A stretch of 63,818 bases of DNA, filler included, from Reticulomyxa filosa (Eukaryota; Protista; Foraminifera): assembly GCA_000512085.1 (NCBI GenBank). It is 22 parts of 22 records of this genome, joined end to end, with 100 filler letters (N's around TTAATTAATTAA, not from the genome) between each part and the next. Parts side by side here need not be neighbours in the genome. Positions count along the whole stretch, not along the records: positions 25,371 to 26,922 come from ASPP01009856.1; positions 27,023 to 28,642 come from ASPP01001822.1; positions 28,743 to 31,393 come from ASPP01020333.1; positions 31,494 to 32,618 come from ASPP01027697.1; positions 32,719 to 35,236 come from ASPP01023320.1; positions 35,337 to 46,177 come from ASPP01003157.1; 16 more parts are not named here. One strand, written 5' to 3'. Positions 26,081-37,819 of the stretch are shown in pieces. Position 1 is the first letter of the stretch; each line of letters starts with the position of its first letter. Position numbers and translations under genes: made by a program. The notes beneath the pieces are model-generated. The model saw only the letters and a list, made by a program, of their open reading frames with translations, had not been told where the DNA came from and did no database searches.

Positions 26081-26885
26081 ATGGCAGCTGACGATAGTAT
26101 CAAAAAGCGAGTATTGATAGTTGTCGAAGAGAAAGATCGTGGCGGACCAGAAACATTGAAGGTAGTAACGCAAGATATCCCCACACCAAATGATAATCAA
26201 GTGTTAGTCCAAGTGAAGGCCTGTGGTGTAAATTTCATCGACGTATACCACCGTACGGGGTTGTACCCAGGAATAACAGAAATCGGAAAAGAGGGTTCTG
26301 GTGTTATTTTGGCAGTGGGCAAAAACGTGGAGAACTTTAAAGTCGGACAAAGTGTGTGTTGGTGGAATGTTCAGGTAAGTATAATAAAATAATGTGGGGG
26401 GGGGGAATGTAAATAAATAAATAAACATATATTTATATATACATACATATATGCATATATACATATATACATATATATGTGAATAAAAGGGTTCGTATTC
26501 AACTCATATTTGCACGGACCCGAAAGAATTGATGCCAATCCCCGAGCCGATCCTGAAGGCGCACAAGGACAAAGCATATCTTTACGCAGCGGCGATCCCA
26601 TTGCAAGGGCTGACGGCTCACTATTTGTGTCGAAGCATATATCGAGTGGGAGAAAAGGACACGATACTGGTCCACGCGGGCGCCGGTGGTACGGGGGGAT
26701 TGTTGATCCAAATCTGCAAAAAAATTCTGAGATGCGGTTGCGTCATCGCCACTGTCGGCAGCGAAGAGAAGGCAAAAATCGCTTTGGAAAATGGCGCCGA
26801 CTACGTCATCAACTATACCAAAGAGGATTTCTTACAAAAAGTCATGGAGTACACAAAGGGAAAAGGATGCAATGTTGTTTACGGT
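26081..26885 (+). CDS. NADPH:quinone oxidoreductase (zeta-crystallin/Qor-like MDR), 3'-partial
   Basis: GGPETL, GVNFIDVYHRTGLYP, GKEGSG, LQGLTAHYL, VHAGAGGTG, GADYVINY; intron ~26375-26489. Confidence 0.9.
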
Positions 26886-26887
26886 TC

Positions 26888-26922
<35 letters not shown>

Positions 26923-27022
26923 NNNNNNNNNNNNNNNNNNNNNNNNNNNNNNNNNNNNNNNNNNNNTTAATTAATTAANNNNNNNNNNNNNNNNNNNNNN
27001 NNNNNNNNNNNNNNNNNNNNNN

Positions 27023-27341
27023 TCCAAACACTTACATATTTCATCACCAATGTATGTTTATTTTCTGTCTCCCAAGAAGATCCAAAAAACAGCAAAGTAA
27101 TTTCATTACTGTCTTTGTTGTTATTATGATCTATTAATTTCACTACGCAGTGTCCATTTAAAAAGGTCTCATCTGGATACCTACAGATAAACTTGTACTT
27201 GTTTTTGATTGTATGACAAGAATAATATTTTTCTTGAAAAAAACCTCCACAAATGAGGAGTTCGTGGTTGTGAAGCACACATTGGGATTGATCAAGTGGA
27301 GTGGGCAATTCCTTCAAACTTTGAAAGGTTTGATTACTCAT
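27023..27341 (-). CDS. Kelch-like beta-propeller family protein, 3'-truncated
   Basis: FQSLKELPTPL.QSQCVLH.HELLICGG...CHTIKNKYKFIC.YP...GHCVVKL...HTLVMKYVSVW; paralogous to 50905-51909. Confidence 0.8.
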
Positions 27342-28089
27342 ACAGTCAATCTTGAGGAACTATTAAGCAGATTTAAAAAAAAAGGTCCTTTTTTTAAATT
27401 GACATGCCACAATATTAATGTTTTGGTTCAGTTCCATTTTTTAATTTTGTTTTCTATAATGTTGTTTCTTGTGTTAATTTTAAGAATTTAATCAAATTTG
27501 AAAAATTATGTACATACGATAATGTTTTCAGAATTATCAGAAGAAATATATCCCATATCCGATTTGTTCTATCGTATGAATATGTCTTTATAGCATTAAA
27601 AACATTCTGCACTCAAAAATGATCCTGTCGACTGCAATAATGTCATTGTACAGATCAATTGATAAAACAATTCAAACATACAGTACGTCACAGAAAAACA
27701 ATTGGGTTATTAGATGAACATTCCAGGACAAAGATTAAAATTTTCATTAGATGGTCTAAAATTATTTCATATTCAGGTGATAATTATTCCAGTATTATAT
27801 GTTCAGAATCAAAAAAAGTGTATCTAAAATTTTTTGAATGAATATGTTAGATAGATCTTTGTCTTTTTTCGAAAAACAAATCAAACCAGCTTAAAAAATC
27901 ATTTTACTTGAGTTCACAAAGACGACAAACATGTCATAAATTACACATTTCCTTTATGGTAGAAGTTGTTTTTAATTAATCTTTCTATTCAACAAAAAAA
28001 AGAGAAAAAATTTGGTAAATTTCATAGTTCTTCATTTGTTTTAGTCATTTCTTGTCCTTTTTCATTTTCTGAATTTGATACAAATCAAT

Positions 28090-28430
28090 GATACCTAAAC
28101 GGCGCCTTATAGAGATGAATGATTTTCTTCACGAAAAAACAACATTTTGACTTATTTTTAAAAATATCGAAGTGTTTTTAGATATTAGTTTAAATTTAGT
28201 TTTTTATTACATCTTTCATAATTGTTTAAAAAATTTGAATATTTTATTGATTTTTGAAAATTTTCGAGAAAAAATTGACAATGTGGCTGTGTTGTAACCG
28301 CGAAATTTGCCAACTTTTTTTTAAGCATTTTCAGAAAGTGTTCAATGCATAGATATTTTTAAAAATTAGCATTCTCATTGAGTAGTTTTTGAGAAAACTC
28401 AATTTTTTGTTATAAAAAAAATTTTTTCAT
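28090..28430. mobile_element. Tc1-family TIR/subterminal fragment
   Basis: 28090-28200 is the reverse complement of the TIR core at ~52290-52405; 28185-28260 matches 52165-52250; 28330-28430 is the reverse complement of 41400-41495. Confidence 0.7.
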
Positions 28431-28773
28431 AAAGTAACAAATATGAAGATAGTTATTCATTTATTTGGTGTAATTACGATATTTTAAAGTATTGAAATTG
28501 CAGAAATTTGAAAAGATTCCAACCAATTGTAAGAATGAAATAAAATGCAAAAAAATTCAGATTATGTTTATTTATGTTGTTTTGCTGTTTCATTATTTAT
28601 ATCAAATTTTTCTTATTGATTATATATAAATTTCACAACTTCNNNNNNNNNNNNNNNNNNNNNNNNNNNNNNNNNNNNNNNNNNNNTTAATTAATTAANN
28701 NNNNNNNNNNNNNNNNNNNNNNNNNNNNNNNNNNNNNNNNNNGAGTGGCGGGGTTTGTTGTGTGCGGCCAACC

Positions 28774-30353
28774 TTACTGGGCGGCGGAGGCGTCGGCCGG
28801 GGCCGGCTCTTCCTGCTCCTGCCACGGTAGCGGCACCGCGGTGTTGTTGATCTTCAGGTTGCCGCCGCTGAACAGCACGCTGGTGGCAATTTGCGAGCCT
28901 TCGCGGCGGATCAGCTTCTGCGCCGCCCATTCGTCCAGCTGGGCAGACAGCAGGCTGCGCGCCAGGGCGTCGATCTCTTCCACGTTAGGCTGCTCTTCGG
29001 CGCTGGCGTCCACGGTAAACAGGTTGCGTGCCTGTGTTACCACCAGGTTTTCCAGCGTCTGTTGCGGCAGCTCCAGGTTGAACTGGGCAGTGAAACGCTG
29101 CAGGAACAGCAAGGTGTTTTTCAGGTCGCTCTGCTGGAAGCCTTTGAGCGACAGGCTGCCGTTCAGCTGGGCCACGCCGGCCGGCAGCTTCAGGTAGAAG
29201 GTGTTGACCACTAGTTTCGGGTCGTTCTGCAGCAGCGGCAGGCCTTCTTTGATCACGGTGTCCAGGTACTTCTTGACGCAGCAGGCTGGGGTCGGTGCCC
29301 TGGAACGGTACCTTGGCCAGCGCTTCGTCCAGTTTCACCAGCGTCGGGCCGTGCAGATGGTTGGCGGAGACGTCCAGCTTGAACGGGCCGTAGACGCTGT
29401 CGTTGTAGGCAAAGCGTTCGAAATCCAGCTTGCCGCGGGTATTGACGAAGTCGTCCTGCTCGCTGGTGACGATCTGGTACTTCAGGCCGGACAGGCTGAC
29501 GTTAGACGGGCGGAACTCGCCGGACGGGTTGATGAACTCGCCCACGCGCACGCGGCCAACCAGGTAGATCAGTTCGTTCAGCTTGATGCTGTACGGGATG
29601 GCTTCGTTCCAGTTCAGCTTGATGTCGCCGACATTCAGCTCGCTATTGCCCAGTTTGACGCCGCTGGCGCCGGGGCGTACTTCGGACACGTACTTGACGC
29701 CGTCAAACCGAAGCGGCCTTTCGGGCCGGCTTCCATGGCAAAGCCCGGGGTGTTGGCGTTGACGGTGTATTCCTTGTAGCCGGACTGGTAGTTCACTTTC
29801 AGATCGAAACCGCGCCAGTTCATTTTCACGCCGGCCAGCGTTTCTTCGTAGTCGAACTTGGGAATGGTGACGCTCAGTTCGCCACCGCCGGTCAGGCCCA
29901 GACGGTTCACCACGGTGATGGGCTCGGCGTCGCCAAAGAAGCGTTGCAGCGTCTTGCGGGTGCCGTCGCTCATGTCGAATTCGGTGCGCACAATGGCACG
30001 CGCCGGACGGAAGTCCAGATCAAACAGGCCGGGCAGCAGGCCGTGGCGGATGTGGTGGCGGTAACGCAGTGTGCCGTTCATCAGCGGGCGCAGGTTTTCC
30101 GGCAGCAGGCCGATGTAGGGGCCCAGCAGTTGCTTGTTCAGTTCCAGCTCGGTGGTTTCCTCGGACGAGAACCAGCCTCGGTCGTACTGGTGCGATTTCA
30201 CCGTGAACACCGCCATGTTGGCGATCATCTGGTGTTGCTCCAGCAGGGTTTCTTCGGCTTTGCTGCCGGCCCAGAAGGCAAAGCCGCCGTACAGGCAAAA
30301 GCCCCGGCGACAGCCGCGGCGGTCAGTTTGAGGTGTTGCTTGTTGAGGTTCAC
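28774..30353 (-). CDS. Bacterial YdgA (DUF945) family protein with three frameshifts
   Basis: GTG start MNLNKQHLKLTAAAVAG; YGGFAFWAGSKAE, YDRGWFSSEETT and HHIRHG are DUF945-type motifs. Split over ORFs 29635-30375, 28985-29689 and 28774-29256. High GC. Confidence 0.8.
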
Positions 30354-30549
30354 GATCCGGCCTGAATGGGAACAAGGGGCATCTTACCCTACCTGCGCCT
30401 GCTTATGAATCGGCAAGCGGGCGCCGGCGCTATCCCGGCGGGGTTTTTCGCTGCAGTAAGCAGGTCTTGCTGCAATGTTGTCGGTTTCTATAGGTCAAAA
30501 AGTGTAAAATGGAGAATTGATTTTTACGAACCACGAGGTTTGAAGCGCA

Positions 30550-31393
30550 ATGGCATGGCTTAACGGTCTGATCGATCTGCCCTGGTGGGGCTATATCGTG
30601 GTAACGCTGGTGCTCACCCACATCACCATCGCTTCCGTCACCATTTTCCTGCATCGTCACCAGGCACACCGTGCGCTGGATCTGCACCCGATTCCCAGTC
30701 ACTTCTTCCGTTTCTGGCTGTGGCTCACTACCGGCCAGGTAACCAAGGAGTGGGCGGCCATCCACCGCAAGCACCACGCCCGCTGCGAAACTGCAGAAGA
30801 CCCGCACAGCCCGCAAGTGCTGGGCATCAAGAAAGTGCTGTGGGAAGGCGCCGAGCTGTACCGTGCCGCCTGCAAAGACCGCAGCATCATGGAAAAATTC
30901 GGCCACGGCACCCCAGACGACTGGCTGGAACGCAACGTCTACACCCTGCACACCGGCAAGGGCATCCTGCTGATGCTGGCCATCGACCTGGTGCTGTTCG
31001 GCGCCGCCGGCCTGGCCATCTGGGCGATCCAGATGGCGTGGATTCCGTTCTTCGCTGCCGGCGTCATCAACGGCATCGGCCACTTCTGGGGTTACCGCAA
31101 CTTCGAAAACGAAGACGCGTCTACCAACGTGTTCCCGTGGGGCATCCTGATCGGTGGTGAAGAGCTGCACAACAACCACCATACCTTCGGTACCTCGGCC
31201 AAGCTGTCGTACAAGTGGTTCGAGTTCGATATCGGCTGGATGTACATCCGCATCATGGAAATCCTGGGCCTGGCCAAGGTACGCAAGGTAGCGCCGCGTC
31301 TGGCGCAGTCGGCATCCAGCGCGCAGCTGGACCTCGACCACCTGCAGGCCATCATTGCCAACCGCTACGCCATTGCCGCCCGCTACGCCCGCG
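30550..31393 (+). CDS. desA: Bacterial delta-9 acyl-CoA/fatty-acid desaturase (DesA-type), 3'-truncated
   Basis: His boxes HRHQAH, HRKHH and HNNHH; GEELHNNHH...SAKLS.KW.EFDIGW; GAGGT ribosome-binding site at ~30536. Confidence 0.92.
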
Positions 31394-31493
31394 NNNNNNN
31401 NNNNNNNNNNNNNNNNNNNNNNNNNNNNNNNNNNNNNTTAATTAATTAANNNNNNNNNNNNNNNNNNNNNNNNNNNNNNNNNNNNNNNNNNNN

Positions 31494-31501
31494 AAAAAAA
31501 A

Positions 31502-31537
<36 letters not shown>

Positions 31538-32054
31538 CGTAACCCAAATTGTCAGAGAATTTTTGGAGGAGTTGAGAGACTGAAAAAAAAAAATGACTGG
31601 TGGAATTGTACGATTTGTGGTGGGCAAACAATGGCACGACGGTCAATCTGATTTTTGCACCGTCTTCTTGGTTTGACCATATAAATAAAATCATGGTCGC
31701 CAGCAAAATTAATAGGACAAAGATCGTCAATCCCTTGACAAAGTATTGGCTCAACGATTTTTTGTACTTTTTGCCAACGGGTGTCTCTCTGAGGCAGCTG
31801 CCACGCGGTCCGCACGAAAGTGTGGATAGTGGTGGCTGCTTTTTGCTTATTGTACATTTGGAGGTAGTGGCAGTACTCTCTCTTTCCTTGGTTTTGGTTG
31901 AGTCGTAAGTAGGGGCACCTTTTCTCGGTGAAGGTACGCGCAAGTCGTGCAATTCTGTGTGATTGCTTGGAGGATGCTTTTGGATGTTTATTGTATGATA
32001 ATCACCTTCCAGGAGATTATCTTTCTCATTTGGTGAAGGACCGCTAGGTTGCAT
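31494..32054 (-). CDS. Hypothetical membrane protein, 3'-partial
   Basis: Polar N-terminus followed by the transmembrane segment GLTIFVLLILLATMILFIW. Confidence 0.5.
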
Positions 32055-32309
32055 TTCTTTGTCTTCGATCGAGAAAGACCAACAAAAGGGAACCACCACA
32101 ATTGTGTACCCTTTGTTGTTTTTGAAGTTTTTTGCAGCCACAAGTTTATGTGCGGATGGGACTTACATAAAAAAAATTTTAACTGGATAAATTTTTTATT
32201 GAAAGAATCCTATCAAAGTTTTTGGACTGGTTAAATAAAGTTTAAGTGTGGAGAGCGGGGGGGGGGGGAAGAAAAATTGGGGAAGAAAAATTACGGATAA
32301 AAAAAAGGA

Positions 32310-32603
32310 ATGGAGGCAGAAATAAAAGGAAGCCATATGTCAGTTTCACCAGTTTCCTTCGGCTTCATTTATAGCATCTGGTACATTTGGGCAATAGAGC
32401 GAGCGCTTTCCACACTTTGTTTGTTGGTAATATCAGTAATTACAGGACACCATTTGTGGCGTTTGTATAACTTTACCAAATCTCGTACAGTTGACCTACT
32501 GGAGTCTGCGAACGCAAAAAAGTGGCGTCACTGGTCGAATAGATTTACAACTTTGGGATTGTGTTTGATAGTATTGTACAACATATATTACGTCTGCAGT
32601 TGA
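32310..32603 (+). CDS. Hypothetical multi-pass membrane protein, 3'-partial
   Basis: ATG-initiated ORF with hydrophobic helices, divergent from the gene starting at 32054. Confidence 0.5.
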   Translation: MEAEIKGSHMSVSPVSFGFIYSIWYIWAIERALSTLCLLVISVITGHHLWRLYNFTKSRTVDLLESANAKKWRHWSNRFTTLGLCLIVLYNIYYVCS

Positions 32604-32718
32604 GTCAAAAAAAAAAAANNNNNNNNNNNNNNNNNNNNNNNNNNNNNNNNNNNNNNNNNNNNTTAATTAATTAANNNNNNNNNNNNNNNNNNNNNNNNNN
32701 NNNNNNNNNNNNNNNNNN

Positions 32719-35050
32719 TTTTTTAAATAAAATCCAACGACGGTATGGCCTTGGGGTCCTCTTTTTCTACATCATCTTCTTATTTGCTAATGGTTTTGAG
32801 TATTGCAAAATTAATCCACCAAATTGGAGCCACAACAATATCGGGAGAATAGTTCCATGTGAGAGTGGCTTACTCGACAGCCATATGTGATTATTGCATA
32901 CAACGTCCGCATCACCTTTTTCTTTGCCTTCCATTTTCTCTATTTCTTCGCTTAATCTAGTCGCTGCTGCTGTGGGGATACCGTGATGTCGATCTCGTTT
33001 TTGTTTTGCGCGTTATTGTCACGTTTTTCTTTCCGGATCTTGGTGCTGCCCAACTACGAAAGCAAGCTTACCAAAAAGAAGGATTGTCCGCGATTGGACT
33101 GGGACAACTTTTTTCAACTATTTGATTGCCATAATATGATGGATATTTTCAAAATACGACGTTCATCCACTCTTGCCGCCCTTATGATGAGGATGACACA
33201 TTGGCGTTGGAGAATGGCCTTTCTTAGAAATTCTTGCATCCATCACCATGTGTCCATTCGATAATATTTGGATGGGCGATTCAATGATGGAGTGAGTACA
33301 ATTCCTATTTTTTTCTTTATTATTTGACGTATTCGTCTTGGCGTTCTTGATTGATATGGTTCAACGATTTTTGAGCTCACTACGCAATTCATAATTTAAA
33401 ACCACGTCGACTCGAATCAGACTCAAATTGGCGACTTGCACTTTAATGTTATCCAAGTACTGGGATATTGCAACCAATACAAAGTATTGCGCTGCATCTA
33501 ACACGCTGTCTGTAGACCATAGTCGCGATCTTGGAGACCATCACTGCAAGAGTCGCATGCCTTTCGTCTGTTGAATAAGCGCCAATGATCTTTGCCGAAC
33601 TGAGTTAGAAAACGATGATTTGTAAAAAGAGATAGAGGGCTGGTTGCAATGCTTATAACACTCGCGATCTCATCATTTCTCCCATCAGTAGCACACGCAC
33701 CATTCAAAAGCCAAAGTTGCGAAAGTGCGCAAGCACATGACCAACTTCGACACGAGTAATTAGCGCTATTTTTATAACAATCAAGCTTTTCTTGTTCGTT
33801 GGAACATGTAAATCGCCGTTCGACTCCCTCTTTGCGGATAATTGTTGGCGTGACACCAGCTTCAGAGACTTGTGTGCACATATGATGGCCAAGCTCTTTT
33901 CAAATGTTCGCGTTACCACTGCAAGACATTTCCACACGATTATTCATTGTCTTTGATTGGAGCGTTCTATGGGAATGTAGTGCATGTCTGGAAACTCGAT
34001 GTCTACACTCGCGGGCGTGAAGATCCAGCGCATACCACATTCAGTAATCTGCAGACATTTTTTTAAAAAAACAGATCCAACGCGACAATCTTTCGATATT
34101 TTCTTTTTTCTCTTCGTCCTCCTCATTCTTTTCATTATATCACTCTTCTTGCTTGTCAATGCGTTGACGGAGTTTCGCAAAACCCCTCCACCAAGTTGAG
34201 CCACTCTCACGTGGAATATTCTCCCAATGAGTGGTTTTCTCGATTGACGTAAGTAAGGCTCCTAACAACTTCCACGTTCTTTTTCAACGACTTCCATTTC
34301 TCTGCCGCAGTTGCGACACCATCTTTTCTACTTTGTGCGTATTGCCACACATCGTTTTTTTTTCTTCTTGGTAATCTTTCTTCCGTCGTCTGGCTGCACC
34401 AAGATCCAACTTTACGACTTGTCTGTGAAAATCTTGCAAACTGTTCCACGATAACGGATGAACTTCACACTTGAAAAAATTTGTCTCTTTTGATTAGAGA
34501 AACATTTTGAGCAGAATTTCCGGTACATCCAATATTCCGATTGACGATTTGATGATGAAGGTACTAACATTTTTATTCATTTTTTTTCATTCTTATGCGT
34601 ATTCGTTGATAAAGTTAATTCAATCGGGATATGCACGATCTAAAATAAAAAGTACGAATGTGCGTATGCACACAAACAGTTTCAACACTAGTTTCCAAAA
34701 TCTGCGTTTCGACTATTGCAATTAGTTGATAAAGTCAGCGTTATTTTCATAATGGCCGAGTTTCAATTGTGGATTGCGCCTGTAGACCAAAGTTTAACGC
34801 CCTCTTTGGCGCTGTGTCACGCCAACAATTATCTGAGGACTTAAAATCCAAAGTTGCGCATATGCGCACGTACACGATAAGTTTTGCGACCGGTTTCCGC
34901 TCCTGTTGATCTCCATCTTCTTGCTTGCCTGTTCTTGAGTTTCGCGCGATCTTTCCACCAAATTGAGCGCTATCACGATAAGCGCGAACAAGCTTTGCGC
35001 TTCTTCCTTTTTCTTTTTCATTCTTTTTTTCATTTCACCCTTTTTCCCTT
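32719..35050 (-). pseudogene. Decayed coding-like sequence with internally repeated blocks
   Basis: Moderate GC and only short broken ORFs; paralogous blocks at ~33700-33860 and ~34740-34880; no family identified. Confidence 0.35.
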
Positions 35051-35092
35051 TCACTTTTTTCTCTTTTTTTTAATCTTTTTTTTTTTCCAATT

Positions 35093-35236
35093 TTTTCCCA
35101 ACTCTTTTTTCACAAAGCTTTTTTCCCAAAGCTTCTTTCACAATGATTTTTTCCCAATGATTTTTTCCCAATGCCTTTTTCCCAATGATTTTTTCCCAAT
35201 GATTTTTTCACAATGACTATTTCCCAATGCTTTTTT
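35093..35236. repeat. 15-bp minisatellite (CCCAATGATTTTTTC-like)
   Basis: Roughly nine imperfect tandem copies running to the contig end. Confidence 0.85.
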
Positions 35237-36149
35237 NNNNNNNNNNNNNNNNNNNNNNNNNNNNNNNNNNNNNNNNNNNNTTAATTAATTAANNNNNNNN
35301 NNNNNNNNNNNNNNNNNNNNNNNNNNNNNNNNNNNNGATTTAAGCCAGTGACCTCATTGAAGAACAATTTTTGACCAAATCCATCTTGTTTAATCTCCAA
35401 AGATTGTATTTTTTACGACAATATAGTATAAAAACGTGTTATCTATCAGTGCAATCTATCAATGCAATTAAAAGAAAAATATATTACATAAAGCTAGTTG
35501 AATACAACAGTAAAGTTGAAAGCACTTCAGAAATCCAAGAACATTTTTTTTCCATTTAAATTTATTACTTTTTTTGCGGAGAATATTATTACAATATTTT
35601 GCAAAGAACTTTTTTTAACATATAAATTTTGTTGCCTTTTTCCACAATGTTTCAAATTTTTTTTTTTTGAAGAAATTTTATCCTTTTTAAAATTTTGATT
35701 CACAAATTGCGGTGCAATGGCGCCAAAACAAAAAGGAAAAAGTATCATCATTCACAAGTAAACATGTTGCAATGGTTTGAATTGATATGTTGTGGATGAT
35801 ATTGAAAAAAAAGCATGAAAAAGCTACACAATTACAAGTATTGCACAATAAATGATGAAACCGAGTGATGGTGAATATATTTTGAAATATTTGCTTTATG
35901 TTTCTTGATTGCTTGATTCCTATCATATTATTATGTATATTTACGTGTTTTTTGAAATATATTTGGAAAGTAAATCAAAAGGAATTATGTTAAGTCTAAA
36001 CAAAAATGCAAACAAATGCTAAGCTTTTTGTCTGCCAACACCAACACTGCCATAACGTTCCAAAAACTATGTACCAGCAAAAACAAAAAAGGTGTAATTG
36101 ACTCCACAAAAATGGAACAAGCAAAGAAAAATAAAGAAAGAGCAATGCT

Positions 36150-37458
36150 AACATACCTCAACCAGAGGAGTGTCACCCTGATCGAACACAATACTTATCC
36201 GACCTTTTCCTTGGAAGGACAGTCTTTCAAAGACGCTTCAACAGAATTGGTGACAAGCTGTTGTCTGTCTGGTCCTCCGGGTGCACTTTTGATTTGTTCT
36301 TCAATTGATTGTTTGGACTATCATCACATATATTTTTTAAAGATATTATTTCAAAACAAAAAATGTATTATTTGCATTTTCGCGTGCACAACACACAATT
36401 TTCTTTCAAATGGACAAGTGTGTATGTGTATAGAGTAATGCATAATTCACTAAATCTCTAACATATACATGTACATATATGCATATGTGCATATCAAGCA
36501 TTAAAAAACTAATGCGGTAACTTTTAAAAGGTTTTTTGCAGAGGCTTGTAAGTCGACAACTCTTTGCTTCAAATTTTGTGTGGTCTCAGTTTCTGCCAAA
36601 TTTAAGGCGTTTTCCAAATGTTTTTTGCGCATGACCAACACCCCCATGGCTTTATCAAACAGTTCTGTCAGTTCTTTTCGAGAGTCGTCTGCCTGTTTCT
36701 TCACGTCTGTACGCAGTGCAATGAGATCCCACCAAAAGGTTCAGTTTTGAAAAAAAAAAAAAAAAATTGAAATCACAATTTTTTAAATATCTCTTTTGAT
36801 CCGAATGAGCGAGGGACCTCCCACATACAAAAAAAAAATAAATATCGAAACTGGTCAAGTCATCTCGAGAGGTTCTCAATTGTTGTGTGTGTTCTTTGAT
36901 TGTGGATACTAATTCGTTCAATGCTTGCTGTTCTGGTGCTGTCAGACCCTTTCCTTTACTTTGTTGGGTGGAGCTGTTTTTTTTTGTTAGTATTATACGT
37001 GCCCCCTTTTTTCATTGGAAAAAAAGGCAACGAGCCAAAAAAAAAAAACAATAGTAATAAAATTAAAAAAGTGACCTCTCTTTTGGAGATGAAATTGTTG
37101 CTGGTTCCGGGTCTGCCGTTTTGGGAGGATTATTCGCTGCTGGCTCGGGCTTGGTTTTATTGCTTGGGGAAGGCGTGGGCTGAGTGGTGGCGGGTGCGTC
37201 TTGACTTGTTGCTGACGTTTGACCCGATTTGGACTGGCTTAAACTTAAAACAGCACGGACAAACTTTCTTCGGAAAACAACACCCATGTTGATTCCATTC
37301 GGCCCAGCCAGTTCCATCACATCGCTTTCTGTTTGGAGTTCTCGCAAGTCGTCCAAGGTTTCTACACCACTTTCACATATCTTTTCAAAAAATTGACCAA
37401 ATTTGTTTGCTTCCAACCAATCCTTCAACTCTTGTGTTTTGTGGGATCGTAATGCCAT
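36150..37458 (-). CDS. SAM-domain plus coiled-coil protein, multi-exon; 3' end uncertain
   Basis: ELKDWLEANKFGQFFEKICESGVETLDDLREL...INMGVVFRRKFVRAV is a SAM domain; downstream coiled-coil exons. Confidence 0.7.
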
Positions 37459-37819
37459 CACTATTCCTTTACACCAGCTTTTCAAAATAAAATTTTGGGG
37501 ATAAGCTGATTTTTTCTACAAGCCACCCAAAAAGAGCTGTACAGTGCCAACCACAACATTTCACTTTATTAGAATCTTTTTTATTTTAATTAAAAAAATA
37601 TTGCAAACGGTGCTTTTGCAACGCAGTGATAATCCTACGTTAAGTTTCGACCTATCATTGCAATAATAACTAAGTAGGACCAACTTTCACGTTACTTTAG
37701 CGGCCTGCACTATTGCAATAGTAAAAAATTACCTTCATGTCTCAGCGGAATTTGTTTTGTTGTGGTGTCAGTTAGGGGCAGCCTATGGAGAGTTTTGATT
37801 GAACTAGAGCAAGTAAAGT

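Noticed and set aside
30430-31341. 303-aa antisense ORF opposite desA and other overlapping ORFs in the GC-rich contig
   Set aside because: Shadow ORFs expected from high-GC codon bias.
35093-35236. CRISPR-like or telomeric array
   Set aside because: Contiguous 15-bp units with no unique spacers and no cas genes; an ordinary minisatellite.
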